Under the pieces are notes generated by a model. It was not told the DNA's origin and searched no databases. It saw nothing but the letters and a program-made list of their open reading frames with translations. The translations under genes and the position numbers were made by a program. DNA of 63,841 nucleotides, counting the filler, from Octopus bimaculoides (lineage: Eukaryota): assembly GCF_001194135.2 (NCBI RefSeq). It is 9 parts of 9 records of this genome, joined end to end, with 100 filler letters (N's around TTAATTAATTAA, not from the genome) between each part and the next. Parts side by side here need not be neighbours in the genome. Positions count along the whole stretch, not along the records: positions 12,773 to 19,007 come from NC_068997.1; positions 19,108 to 34,396 come from NC_069006.1; 7 more parts are not named here. The stretch is one strand, 5' to 3'. Below are positions 13,466 to 26,968 of the stretch, in pieces. Position 1 is the stretch's first letter. Each line of letters starts with the position of its first letter.

Positions 13466-14029
13466 CATGCACACACATGCATGCACACACACACATGTAT
13501 ATGCAATCTACATATATCTATGTGTGTGAGTCTTTGCATTTGTGCTTCTTCCCTACCAACACTTAACACAACACTTAACACCTAGTGTTGGTGTGTTTAT
13601 GTCCCCATAACTTAGCAGTTTGTCAAAAGAAACCAATAGAATAAGTACCAGACTTTGAAAAAAACAAATGAAAGTACTGGGGCCAATTCCTTCGATTAAA
13701 AATTGTTCAAGGTGGTGTTCCAGCATGTCCACAGCCCAAAAGATGAAAGATAAAATGCTATCTGAACAGATATATCATAGATCATTTTTGCTGCCACTTT
13801 CTGCTGATAAACTCAAATAAAGAGGAATCATGAGTTGTGGCATTCATGCTTTTCCAGTTGTGAGGGGAGAATTTCAAGCCTGGGTCATTGTCTTTATTTA
13901 CTGAGAGCATTCTCATTGATGCTACAGAACCAACAGCATGCGTTTGTGTCTGTTCATGCATGTATATATATGTGTGTGTGTGTGTATGTGTTTAGAGATG
14001 TATGTGTATTCATGACTCACTAATACACA

Positions 14030-14290
14030 GCATAATTGAAAGTTCGTTACCTAGGAGATGCAAATAGGGCTGAAGGTGATTGTAAAATAATGACAGGACA
14101 GGAGCTAGAGTGAGGAAGAAGAGAAAGAGGAGAATTTTTGTCTCTGTTGGCAACAAAAGGTTTCTCTGTATGTGAAAATTGCAGACTGAATGAAGCTTGT
14201 ATGGGGGGAATATTGTGCTATATGGTAGAGTGAGATGTGGGCACTGAATGTGAAAAATCTGTTGGGAGCCTCTGAAGAAAAACATAAGTG
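14030..14290 (+). mobile_element. RTE LINE RT C-terminal remnant
   Basis: VRYLGD...LLATKGFS...ACM...VLYGR.WALNV; same region as the copy at 25860-26420. Confidence 0.7.
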
Positions 14291-15055
14291 ACCCTAATTC
14301 ATTGGATGTGAGATATAAACCTGCAAGAAAGACAGCAGACAAGTGAGCTAGCAGAGCAGCTGAATGTTGGTACTACTCTTGTAGGGGCATATGATTCAAT
14401 TGAATCCTATATATACTATATATAATATGGTCACAAGGTTTTGATCAGCGTTAGGCTATAGTAGAAGACACATACCCAGGGTGCCATGCAGTGGGACTGA
14501 ACCTGGAACCAGGCTGTTGAGAAGCATACGTCTTACCACTCAACCACACCGGAGAATAAATACATATCCCTATCGGAGTATGTATATTAATTTTGCATCC
14601 ATTTTTTATAAATGCTGGCAGGGATTAATGGAATTGGATAGAGCTTGGTTTTGATGTAGATGTTTGAAGAGAGAACACTCTGTAGAATTTTGTAACAGTG
14701 TCACAACATAGGTGCAGGTGTGGCTATGTGGTAGAAAGCTTGCTTTCTGACCACATAGTTCCAAGTTCAGTCCCACTGTGTGGTATCTTGGGCAAGTGTC
14801 TGTTACTATAGCCTCGGGTCAACTAAAAACTTGTGAGCGGATTTGGAAGATGGAAACTGAAAGAAACCCATTACATATATATATGTATATATATGTATGT
14901 ATGCATATGTTTGTGTAGCAATGTTTGTTCCCCTATCATCGCTTGACAACTGAAGTTGGTGTATTTACATCCCCATAATTTAGTGGTTTAGCAAAAAAGA
15001 GTGATAGAATAAGTACTAGGCTTACAAAGAATAAGTCCTGGGGTCGATTTGCTCA

Positions 15056-15062
<7 letters not shown>

Positions 15063-15093
<31 letters not shown>

Positions 15094-15680
15094 GGGACAA
15101 AATCCAAAATTACAGGTAAAAACTCAATTAAAATCAATTTATAAAAAATTAAAATTAAATTGAGCTTTATAGATAAAATATATTATTTGAAAATTAGCTA
15201 TGAAACACGTGTAATCTTTTTATTGTATTTATCTTATGATATTTACTTTACTTTATATTATACTCATTTATTGTGCTTTTAATTATTAATTTTTCTATAT
15301 GTGATAGTGGATTTTCATCGATGANNNNNNNNNNNNNNNNNNNNNNNNNNNNNNNNNNNNNNNNNNNNNNNNNNNNNNNNNNNNNNNNNNNNNNNNNNNN
15401 NNNNNNNNNNNNNNNNNNNNNNNNNNNNNNNNNNNNNNNNNNNNNNNNNNNNNNNNNNNNNNNNNNNNNNNNNNNNNNNNNNNNNNNNNNNNNNNNNNNN
15501 NNNATATATATATATATATATACCGGAGTAAGCACATAAAATGTGCAACAAGGTGGAAAAAAGAGTACTCAAATACCAGAAGTAGAGTAATATGCTTTAT
15601 TTAAAAGCACCAGAAATATAACAAAACTGTCCGAGTAACAGTCTTTTGTTATATTTCTGCTGCTTTTAAATAAAGTATAT
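15063..15680. mobile_element. Probable Penelope-like terminal repeat remnant with hairpin (spans a gap)
   Basis: GAAAC-ACGT-GTA palindromic motif at 15202-15213 and an about 41-bp inverted repeat at 15590-15680; family assignment is inference. Confidence 0.4.
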
Positions 15681-16188
15681 ATATATACTAGGCTTCTTCA
15701 GTTTCTGTCTACTAAATCCTCTCACAAGGCCTTGGTCAGCCCCAGAAGACATTTTGCCGAAGGTGCCATGCAATGGAACTGAGCCTGGAACCATGCAGTT
15801 GGGAAGCAAGCTTCTTACCACACAGCCACAAGCTTTGCAATCTGATATTCTTCTTGACATGCCAGTATCACAAGAATTATTTACCATTCTCTGTATCATG
15901 TGTCAGCATTAAACCAGCACAAAATGTACCATGTGTATCAAGCTAAACAGAATTGTTGTTTCTTTCTAATGATCCTTTTTGAAATAATTTTATTTATCTT
16001 TTGATATGCTGTCTCCAAATGAGGAATCTTATTTAGTGTTTCCGCCTGCAGGTCAATGAGAGTGTGTGCATGTGTGTGAGAGAGAGTGCACATATTCTAT
16101 ACAATTGGACAATTGGTAATTCTATTTACTTAAACACTCACACGCACGTATATGTATGTATATCTATACATGTATTTATATGTATGCA

Positions 16189-16222
<34 letters not shown>

Positions 16223-16984
16223 NNNNNNNNNNTATATATATATATATATATATACATATATATATGTGTATGTATATATACATGTGTGTGTATATATACA
16301 TATACGTATATATCCATATTTGTATATATGTATATATATATATATGTGTGTGTCTATATATACATGTAGATGTAGGTATGTACAAACATGTATGTATATA
16401 TGCATATACTTACATACTATTTGTATTATATATATATATACATACATACATACCTAAATACATACGTACCTAAATAATACATACATGCACATATATATAT
16501 ATATACTTGTATTTATAAAAATACAGAGACACAGAGACATAGTCAGATGGAGAAGAACATGAAGAGGAGTTACACAAGAGCTATTGATAATATTGTATAC
16601 TATGGATATTAAGCATTATAATCATTAATAATCTCATGGTTTCATAAAATAAACGGCCTGAATTTTAACGACCATATACTAGTCTATAAATACTACTGAA
16701 AAATCTAAAACAGACAGTGTCATAGAGTCACACATAAACTCACACACATACACATACACACCACCAATTCAAACGTACACCACATAAAAAAAATTGTTTA
16801 AAATTTTATTTTTTGTAAAAAATGCTCAACATTAAAAGAAAAATAGCTATTGTTATATTAACTGTTGTTTGACACAAGTTTTCTTTCACCCTATTTAGCA
16901 GTTTTTATTATCATTATCATCATCATCAACACCATCATTAGTATCATCATAACCATCTTCTCATCGTTGTTGTTATTATTATTA

Positions 16985-17049
<65 letters not shown>

Positions 17050-17750
17050 GTTATTACTTCGTTGTCTTTGAGTATTTTGATTATGTCCATATTGAACAGC
17101 AATATTTGGCTTGTTTCAAATTTAGAATTCAAACCTGCAGGACCTAATTTTAAAAGCATTCTATTTTCTTTTAGTTTTATTTAAATCTGTCTGAGAAATT
17201 CTTCCTATTTTCATTTTGAAACATATTTAATCAAAAGAATAAAGAAGAAGAAAGGAAAAAGACAAAACAAGACAAACAATGAGAGGAAAGTATTAAAAAG
17301 ATGAAATAAATTAGTTGATTAAGTCACTGCTTTTTATCCTTAAATTTTATATTGTCTAGCTTTTCATTATATTTTTTTTCTCAGAGGTTTTTATATAGAT
17401 TTCAGATTTCATGTATTTCTTTAATTAGATTTTATATATTTCTTTAATTCTTATAATATGTATAATTATATTTTATGAATGCACTTTTACAAGAAAAGAT
17501 GAAGCAGAAGAGAGGGCAAAGGGTAGAGAACACGAAATGCCAATATATATATATACAGATATACATATACACTTGCGTGTTTGTGTGTGTGTGCGTATAA
17601 AGTATGTATAAACATACATCCATGTTTACATGTATATAATGTATGTACATATATACACACATAACTAGGACAAATGCGGGAAACAAAAGTAACATCAAGA
17701 TCTTGTGAGTGACTTTGTATGGCTTTTTCTATATATACATATATACATAC

Positions 17751-17782
<32 letters not shown>

Positions 17783-17789
17783 TTGTGTG

Positions 17790-17832
<43 letters not shown>

Positions 17833-18711
17833 NNNNNNNNNNNNNNNNNNNNNNNNNNNNNNNNNNNNNNNNNNNNNNNNNNNNNNNNNNNNNNNNNNNN
17901 NNNNNNNNNNNNNNNNNNNNNNNNNNNNNNNNNNNNNNNNNNNNNNNNNNNNNNNNNNNNNNNNNNNNNNNNNNNNNNNNNNNNNNNNNNNNNNNNNNNN
18001 NNNNNNNNNNNNNNNNNNNNNNNNNNNNNNNNNNNNNNNNNNNNNNNNNNNNNNNNNNNNNNNNNNNNNNNNNNNNNNNNNNNNNNNNNNNNNNNNNNNN
18101 NNNNNNNNNNNNNNNNNNNNNNNNNNNNNNNNNNNNNNNNNNNNNNNNNNNNNNNNNNNNNNNNNNNNNNNNNNNNNNNNNNNNNNNNNNNNNNNNNNNN
18201 NNNNNNNNNNNNTATATATATATATATATATATATATGATGACACAAAAACATAATCGCCATCACAACAACTGTCACCATGACATCAACAACTAAAACAA
18301 GTACAGAATTAAGGACGCAATGACAACAACAATTATAAGTACTGCACCAAAAATAACAGCAATTCTAACAAAAACTACAACAAAATATGGCTTCCAAGCT
18401 CCAATGTCACACAGATTGAAGCTACACAGATTGGCAGATATATAGTATATATTTTTTTTTTTATGTATATATATATATTTATTTTTTATGTTTTGTTTTT
18501 ATTTATTTGTATAGTTTGTTCTGTTTGTTGTTGTTTTTTTTTGTCTTCTTTTACTTCCAATTATTTCACTGTGCTAATGTCTGAAACATCAAAGGGTTTG
18601 CTTTTTAAAATCCTCGTTCGTCTCTGTGCTTCATTGCAGTGAAGTTCAATCATTCATATCTATCTTGCCATGCTTAATTGAATGCAGCTAAAATATTGCA
18701 TTAACATCGTA

Positions 18712-18744
<33 letters not shown>

Positions 18745-18963
18745 TTATACGTACGTAGATATACACGTACGTATATGTAAGTAGACACGCACACAGATGA
18801 GCATATACATAAATATATACGTATATGTATATACACACATGAATAAATATATAGCTGTACATACATACAAAGATACATATATATATATATACTTATGTAT
18901 ATTGTTACATATGAACATAGATGCACACACACACACACACACACACACATGTATACATATACA

Positions 18964-19007
<44 letters not shown>

Positions 19008-19170
19008 NNNNNNNNNNNNNNNNNNNNNNNNNNNNNNNNNNNNNNNNNNNNTTAATTAATTAANNNNNNNNNNNNNNNNNNNNNNNNNNNNNNNNNNNNN
19101 NNNNNNNATTTTTTTCCTGCTGAAAAGAAAGATTGTTTTGTAGAATGACAAAACTTTTTCACTAAGGACT

Positions 19171-19430
19171 ATGGCTGCCATGGTGGAGGAGGAGGAGGAA
19201 GAGGAAGAGATGATGATGATGATGATGATGATAATGGTGATGATGATGGTGATGATGATGATGATGATGATGCTGATAATGGTGATGATGATGATGCTGA
19301 TAATGGTGGTGATGATGATGCTGATAATGGTGGTGATGATGATGATGATGCTGATAATGGTGATGGTGATGATGCTGATAATGGTGGTGATGATGATGAT
19401 GATGGTGACAATGATGGTGGTGGTGATGAG
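19171..19430. repeat. (GAT/GGT)n trinucleotide tract
   Basis: Direct reading; source of the poly-Met, poly-His and poly-Ile pseudo-ORFs. Confidence 0.95.
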
Positions 19431-19966
19431 GAAGAAATGGAAAAAGAAGAAAAGAAACAACTGCTGTCGACTGCCAGTCAATGTTTTTGGAAGGAAAATT
19501 TGGCTCAAATGAAAAGCCATATTTTTTTTTTCTGATGAAATGAATGACGTCACAGAACAACAGCTGTTTTAGGGGAGAAATACTTTGTGCTGTTGTTGGG
19601 TGGTGGTGGTGGTGGTGGNNNNNNNNNNNNNNNNNNNNNNNNNNNNNNNNNNNNNNNNNNNNNNNNNNNNNNNNNNNNNNNNNNNNNNNNNNNNNNNNNN
19701 NNNNNNNNNNNNNNNNNNNNNGACCCATCAAGCCTAGCAAAATCGCAATCGTGGTAGAAACTAGTGTCATGCAAATGGCACCCGTGCCAGTGGCATGTAA
19801 AAGCACCCATTCTACTCTCAGAGTGGCTGGTATTAGGAAAGGCATCCAGCTGTAGAAAACTATGCCAAATTAGACTAGAGTCTGGTGCAGGCATCCAGCT
19901 TACCAGCCCTGGTCAAACTGTCCAAACCATACCAGTATGGACAACGAACGTTAGATGATGATGATA

Positions 19967-20002
<36 letters not shown>

Positions 20003-20399
20003 TTTCAGCTTAGAGCTGCGGCCATGCTGGTGCACCACCGTGTAAATATAGTAAGACCCCTTAATGCTGGCCCCGGGTAGGATTGAAACCTGCTCAGGAT
20101 GTTCTATGTTTAATTATGTCTCTACCCACAAGACCACCAAGACACCCAATATATATATATTATTAAGTAAGGAAATGGAGGTATTTAATGGATATAAATT
20201 AATTTATTAACATTAAATATCTCCATTTTCTTACTTAATAATATTTGATATTTGTAATATTATAACATATCATCAAACACCCAGGCCTGTTCCCCCCTTT
20301 TTTTTTAAGAGGGGGTAGCCACATCAAGACACACACCAGGCATTCCAACCATTTCCCAGCTTAAAGAGGCAGTCGCCATCCTATACTTGGGTCAAGGCA

Positions 20400-20790
20400 T
20401 AGAATGCAACCCCCGATTTCAGCAGCGGGGACCGACAGCATATGCTGGTTCCGTACCCTTTTCAGCAACATCAAAATTCACTCACCCATCCACAAACACT
20501 CTCCAAGCTTTCCTATCATTTATAAACTCTCTTGCCTCTCTCACTCCAACACCTCAAACCATCAAAGCTTTCCTCACTCCATACCTCTGGTTCTGCTGCC
20601 TACCACTTCTGCCCTCTTCACCCTCCTTGCCATCTGCTCCTCATCCATCCTCTCCATGTGGCCAAACCACCTCAACATTTGTCTCTCCATTTTGGTTGTT
20701 AGTTTTCCTTTCATTCCTGCTCGTCTTTGCACCTCCTCATTCTTCATCCTGTCCATCCGTGTCACACCAACCATAGTCCTCAGACCTATT
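20400..20790 (-). mobile_element. RTE LINE 3' remnant
   Basis: LRTMVGVTRMDRMKNEEVQRRAGM...QMLRWFGHMERMDEEQMARRV (RWFGH motif). Confidence 0.85.
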
Positions 20791-21026
20791 TTTATATTGA
20801 AAAGATATTTCTCAACAATATAATGTATTAAACAATGTAACTTGGATGAAACTATTCCCATAAGAGCTTTATATATCCTTATAGTGACTATATATATATA
20901 TATGTATATATGTATATATATTCTATTCTATTATGTCCTATTCTATTATGCTGGCTGGAGCTGGCATAATACAAAAGGGGCTTTTATATGTATATTCAAA
21001 ATGTTTACTGTAAATGAATTTAAAGG

Positions 21027-21069
<43 letters not shown>

Positions 21070-22145
21070 ACCACTACAATGGACAGCTGGTATTGGTGTG
21101 TTTCGGTCTCCATAACTTAGGAGTTCAGCAAAAGAAACTGATAGAATAAGTACTAGGCTTTAAAAAATAAGTACTGGGGTTGATTTGTTTGATCAAAATT
21201 CTTTAAGGTGGTGCTCCAGTATGACCACAGCCTGATGACTGAAATGAGTAAAAGGTACTCAATGGATAGCGAATGATTTTCACTCCAGTATCAATGTTAA
21301 ATAATGACAACAACGACAGAATGTTGTCGAGCTTTGTGAGTTGTTACTCAGCCGTAAGTTAATGAACCCCCGAAAGTATGTACTCAGTGTGAAAGAATAC
21401 CAGTCACAAACTAGGGGAGTAGAAGATAAGAGGTTACATGGGAGCGGATAGGGTTAGTATTGAAAGCACTACACATGGGCCCGACTCCTGCACTATGTGT
21501 TTGTGGCCCCTGTGTTAAAGAATCTTTTCAACTGATATTCTCTGAATTCAATGTCACAGCAAAGAAGAAAAGTGTGTGAGAGAGAGAGATGATGTTGTTA
21601 TCTTTACAAAGGGCAAGAAAAGGACTCAATAACCAGGAGGTAGTGTTAAACCAGGAGATATGCTTGCTCTCTCCTCCTGCTCAGACACAGACACAAAAAA
21701 GAAGTCAAAACAAAAGAACAGATGTTATAATTTCAAAAGAAGCCATTTCACAGACCCTAAAGCATGTTTGTTCTGGATGGGGAATCATTTCAGAATCACC
21801 AAGTTTGTAGATTGGTTGGTTGTCTCTTCTGAGTTTATAGATTCTATGGTTTTAGAATCATAGCTAAATTGTTGCCTTTGGGATCCGTTCATCTCTTGGT
21901 CAAATTGCACATCATGACGTGTGATGATGGATCTATCTCTGGTCTACATTATACCAGCTGTGATGTACCTCAAATTTCTGTTTTATCACCCACAATCCTT
22001 CTCTAATACAACAATTACTTTCTATAACTTCCAACAACACACAAACGTACCTATGCAAATCAGACAACCCTTCATTCTTACCTAATTTTCCTTACCCTGT
22101 TGTCATCTATGTACATCTTTGGTTGAACCGGTTCTGACTCTAAAC

Positions 22146-22403
22146 CAGGGTTTCTCAACCATTTTTTTATTCTGATGAACTCCCATAGAAACTTCTTTCA
22201 AAATTCCCATCTTGCTTTTCCACAAATTGACTTGTGTTGGTTGAATTATGTAAAACATTAGAGAAAGAAACCCAGCTGTTTCTTGCAATACAGACCAATA
22301 CATACATCTAAAGCAAATGTATTCAGGGGCCCTTAAAATATTATTTACTATTTTGTTGCGTGAACCCCAAAAATCTTATATGGACCCTGGTTGAGAAACA
22401 CTG
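22146..22403. mobile_element. hAT-type MITE with perfect 8-bp TSD
   Basis: TIRs CAGGGTTTCTCAACC / GGTTGAGAAACACTG; CTCTAAAC duplicated at 22138-22145 and 22404-22411. Confidence 0.9.
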
Positions 22404-22679
22404 CTCTAAACAAAGACCTCAAAAACGTTCTCCTATGGAGCCATGCCAATGCTAACTCCTCCAACAGCACAAATACATTCTCACTTCACATATCAAACAA
22501 ACATTATCATAAATCCCTAAAAACGTAAGCAACACACAAACGTAATGTTTGATATCTCTTCAGTTACTGAGTCTCCCCTTCACTGAACTTTATGCACGTA
22601 CATACATCCCCCCATCCACACACACACACAGATGCAAAACAAGGTGGAGAAACACTTTATGTACTTAGCAACAATGGAA

Positions 22680-23260
22680 AATAAAAATGACCTTCCCTTT
22701 TCAGGGCCGCAAAATATGTTATTTCAAACCACTACCAATTCTCCAGAAAAGGTGTGGTGTGATTCTCAATGGAGTACTGTTTCTACATCTGAAGGGAAAA
22801 AAAAACTTTGAAAAATGATATAGTGGTATGTGTGAAGGCTGGTTCAAGAACTGCTTCATCAACCATATGTCTTCCATCACAGATGAGGAGAAATTGCTAC
22901 AGGTTTATCGAAACCAAACAACTTATGTGTGGATTACTTTTACAACAAATGATTATCAGTTGAACATACCATGGTATATATAAATGAAGCATAGCAAAGA
23001 AATACAGCAATCCTATGAGAACACACACACACACACACACATGGAAATGATATCCAAATGCTTTTATGCAAATACAATTCTACTTGGTTGACTCTAATAA
23101 CATATTGAAGCTCGATTTACTGAACGTAAACAAACATAGAACTTCTCTCTATATAGATCGGAAGTCCAAGAAGCACAGCACTACTCTTCAAGAATATCTG
23201 TTACCATTTCCAAAAAAAATAAAGAATTTAGCTTGCCAAATGAAACCCATCAGCCAATGT
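22680..23260 (+). mobile_element. Degenerate GIY-YIG endonuclease remnants of Penelope-like elements (two pieces)
   Basis: TVSTSEGKK...YSGMCEGWFKNCFINHMSS...TTYVW and NKHRTSL...KKHSTTLQEYL resemble the Y.G..E..FK.R..NH.SSF...ST.LS.YVW pattern of PLE endonucleases. Confidence 0.5.
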
Positions 23261-23306
23261 GAAACTCAGAGTAATAGCTACAAGGGAGAAATACTCAGTC
23301 TTTGTA

Positions 23307-23369
<63 letters not shown>

Positions 23370-25779
23370 ATATATATATATANNNNNNNNNNNNNNNNNN
23401 NNNNNNNNNNNNNNNNNNNNNNNNNNNNNNNNNNNNNNNNNNNNNNNNNNNNNNNNNNNNNNNNNNNNNNNNNNNNNNNNNNNNNNNNNNNNNNNNNNNN
23501 NNNNNNNNNNNNNNNNNNNNNNNNNNNNNNNNNNNNNNNNNNNNNNNNNNNNNNNNNNNNNNNNNNNNNNNNNNNNNNNNNNNNNNNNNNNNNNNNNNNN
23601 NNNNNNNNNNNNNNNNNNNNNNNNNNNNNNNNNNNNNNNNNNNNNNNNNNNNNNNNNNNNNNNNNNNNNNNNNNNNNNNNNNNNNNNNNNNNNNNNNNNN
23701 NNNNNNNNNNNNNNNNNNNNNNNNNNNNNNNNNNNNNNNNNNNNNNNNNNNNNNNNNNNNNNNNNNNNNNNNNNNNNNNNNNNNNNNNNNNNNNNNNNNN
23801 NNNNNNNNNNNNNNNNNNNNNNNNNNNNNNNNNNNNNNNNNNNNNNNNNNNNNNNNNNNNNNNNNNNNNNNNNNNNNNNNNNNNNNNNNNNNNNNNNNNN
23901 NNNNNNNNNNNNNNNNNNNNNNNNNNNNNNNNNNNNNNNNNNNNNNNNNNNNNNNNNNNNNNNNNNNNNNNNNNNNNNNNNNNNNNNNNNNNNNNNNNNN
24001 NNNNNNNNNNNNNNNNNNNNNNNNNNNTATAGTAGAAGAAAATTGCCCAAGGTGTCACGTGTGTATATATATATATATTTATATATAATCATCATCATTG
24101 TTTAATATCCGTTTTTCCATGCTGGTATGGGTTGGATGGTTTGACTGGGGTTTGGAAAGCCAGTAGGCTGCACCAAGCTCCAATCTGATCTGGCAATGTT
24201 TCTACAGCTGGATGCCCTTCCTAACACCTACTACTCCAGGAGTGTAGTGGGTGCTTTTTACATGCCACCAGCACGGGAGCCAGTCAGGCGACACTGGCAT
24301 CAACCACGTTCAGATGGTGCTTTATACATGCAACTGGCACAGGAGCCAGTCAGTGTAATGTATGTTTAAACAGTCGAAAGATAATATACCTGTATGGAAG
24401 AAAAACTAAGTAATTTTCAACTGGGCAGAAAACACTGGGGTGACATAAAGAGAGACTGAACTTGAAACTACATAGTTGAAAAGTGAAAGTCTTAACCAGA
24501 CAACCATGCCAGCCACAAATTCATGGCTTTTCTGTCATGGAAGATGACATGGCACCCCCAGCAGCAAACTTCTTACGTCATTGTTTGATTTATGGTTCCG
24601 GTTGATAAGATAGGCTGTGTTTCTAGAGTTTGTCTGGTCTGCTGCGGGTGGTGGTGATGGTGGTGGAAACCATGGCCAGTGATGGTGGGTATGGTGTTGG
24701 TGGTGGTGGGGGATAGTGGATAACATTGCCTGCCTGTAGTAATGGTGGCAATGGTTGGGTGGGTGGTGCTGCAGAAATAGAGAAGTTCAGAAGGTGGCTA
24801 TCTTGATGATGGCAGCAGTATTGGGGGATGGTAGTAGTGAAACAGTGCAGAGGGAATATATAAATGATAGTGGGTGGTGGTGGTGTGTGTGTGTGAAGGT
24901 GGTGGTGGTGGTAGGATGGCAGTTGTTACCATTGCAGCAGCAGCTTTTGTATCTCTCATTCGAAGGTATGTGAAATAAGTGAAGTGGATTTATATACTGA
25001 GAGGGCCAGGAAGGGCCACAGCAACCTCTCCTATTTATCACTGAAGACTGGGGTGCAGTGGAAGAGTGGGGAAGAATAAAGAGAAAAAGTAAAAGGTTAT
25101 GGGAGAGGTTTGGTGAAGTGGAAGGGAAGGAGGAGGAGGGAAGAGAGTGGTAGGGAGAAGAAGGGAGATGTAGAAATAGAAAGACATGAGTGAGGTGGAG
25201 ATGGAGAAACTACATGTGTGTGTATGTATATTATATCAAAGANNNNNNNNNNNNNNNNNNNNNNNNNNNNNNNNNNNNNNNNNNNNNNNNNNNNNNNNNN
25301 NNNNNNNNNNNNNNNNNNNNNNNNNNNNNNNNNNNNNNNNNNNNNNNNNNNNNNNNNNNNNNNNNNNNNNNNNNNNNNNNNNNNNNNNNNNNNNNNNNNN
25401 NNNNNNNNNNNNNNNNNNNNNNNNNNNNNNNNNNNNNNNNNNNNNNNNNNNNNNNNNNNNNNNNNNNNNNNNNNNTATATATCATCATCATCATCATCGT
25501 TTAACGTCCGCTTTCCATGCTAGCATGGGTTGGACGATTTGACTGAGGATGCCCTTCCTAACGCCAACCACTCCGAGAATGTAGTGGATGCTTTTACGTG
25601 CCACCGGCACAAAGGCCAGTGAGGCGGTACTGGCAACGGCCACGCTCAAAATGGTGTATTTTACGTGCTACCTGCACAAGAGCCAGTCCAACGGCACTGA
25701 CAACGATCTCGCTCGAAAGTCTAAAGTCTGAGTAAGTTGGAAAGCAGACAAATCACAAATGCCTTCAGGAAAATGGCCC

Positions 25780-26968
25780 TGCTCAATGCCTTCAGGTAAA
25801 TGGCCCTGCTCAATTCTCTATGATGTACCTGGTGCACATAAGAGGTACTGCAATATCAGAGGAAGTTTAACTGGAAAAATAGTTTTTGTGTATGGAAGGT
25901 GCACAGGTACAATAAACATTGTCAGTGGGGTAAGCTAGAGATAGTCGATAGCTTCCATTATCTAGGTGACCAAGTCAGAAGTGGAGGTGGATGTTCTGAG
26001 AGTGGAGCTGTGAGAATAAGAATAAGCTGAGCAAAGTTCAGAGAGCTCCTACCTCTGTGGGCAACAAAAGGCCTCTCCTACAGTGTGAAAGGCAGACTGT
26101 CTGATGCCTGTGTGTAAAAAGCTATGCTACATGGCAGTGAAACAGGGGCTGTGACTGTTGAGGACATGCGTAGGCTTGAAAGAAATGAAGCTAGCATGCT
26201 TTGCTAGATGAGCATGTATGACAGAGTGTAAGTGTCTTGAGAGAAAAGTTGGGCATAACAGGCATCAGATGTGGTGCGCAAGAGAGGCAGCTGTGCTGGT
26301 ATGGTGATGTGTATGGATGAGGAGAGCTGTGTAAAGAAGTGCTGATCTCTAACTGTGTAGCGAACCTGTGGAAGAGGTAGACCCAGGAAGACATGGAATG
26401 GGGTAGTGAAGCATGATCTTTGAATGTTGGGCCTCACAGTGTGACAGGCCTTTAGCGATATGCTGTGCTTGAGAAGACCTGTCAAGCCAAGTGAAATCAT
26501 AGTCATGGCCAATGTTGGCGTCACATAACTGGCACTTGTGCCATTGGCACTTAAAAAGTACCTTTTGAGCACTGGGCCTCATGGAGGCAATGTGGATGAT
26601 GCTGGTGTTGCATAACTAACACCTATGCTGGTGGTATGTAAAAGGCACTTTTTAAGCATTGAGCCTTATGGAGAAAATGACAAATGACTGAGACCTTTGG
26701 CGATATGCTGTGTTTGAGGAGAAGACCCATCAACCCCTAGTGAAATTGTAGTTGTGGTAGATACTGGTGTCATGCAACTGGCATCTGTGCTGTTGGCACA
26801 TAAAAACACCCATTACACCCTTGGAGTGGTTGGCATTAGGAAGAGAATCCAACCGTAGGTACCATGACAAATCAGACTAGAGTCTGGTGCAGCCCCTCAA
26901 CTTACCAGCCCTGGTCAAACGGTCCAACCCATGCCAGCATAGACAACGGATGTTAAATGATGATGATG
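25780..26968 (+). mobile_element. RTE LINE 3' end: RT C-terminus, 3' UTR and (ATG)n tail
   Basis: VDSFHYLGDQVRSGGGCSES...KFRELLPL...MLHGSET...LCWYGDV...RGRPRKTW, then a UTR ending CCAACCCATGCCAGCAT...GATGTTAAATGATGATGATG. Confidence 0.85.

Noticed and set aside
19136-19535. Possible acidic or poly-Asp exon ending EEMEKEEKKQLLSTASQCFW
   Set aside because: The frame has a stop right after the nearest AG and is mostly trinucleotide repeat.
21780-21960. Minus-strand RSIITRHDVQFDQE resembling the Copia post-integrase SRDV.FDE motif
   Set aside because: Single short motif with stops nearby and no other retrotransposon domain recognised.
22171-22200. CTGATGA...GAAA inside the hAT MITE
   Set aside because: The intervening sequence cannot form helix II; coincidental.
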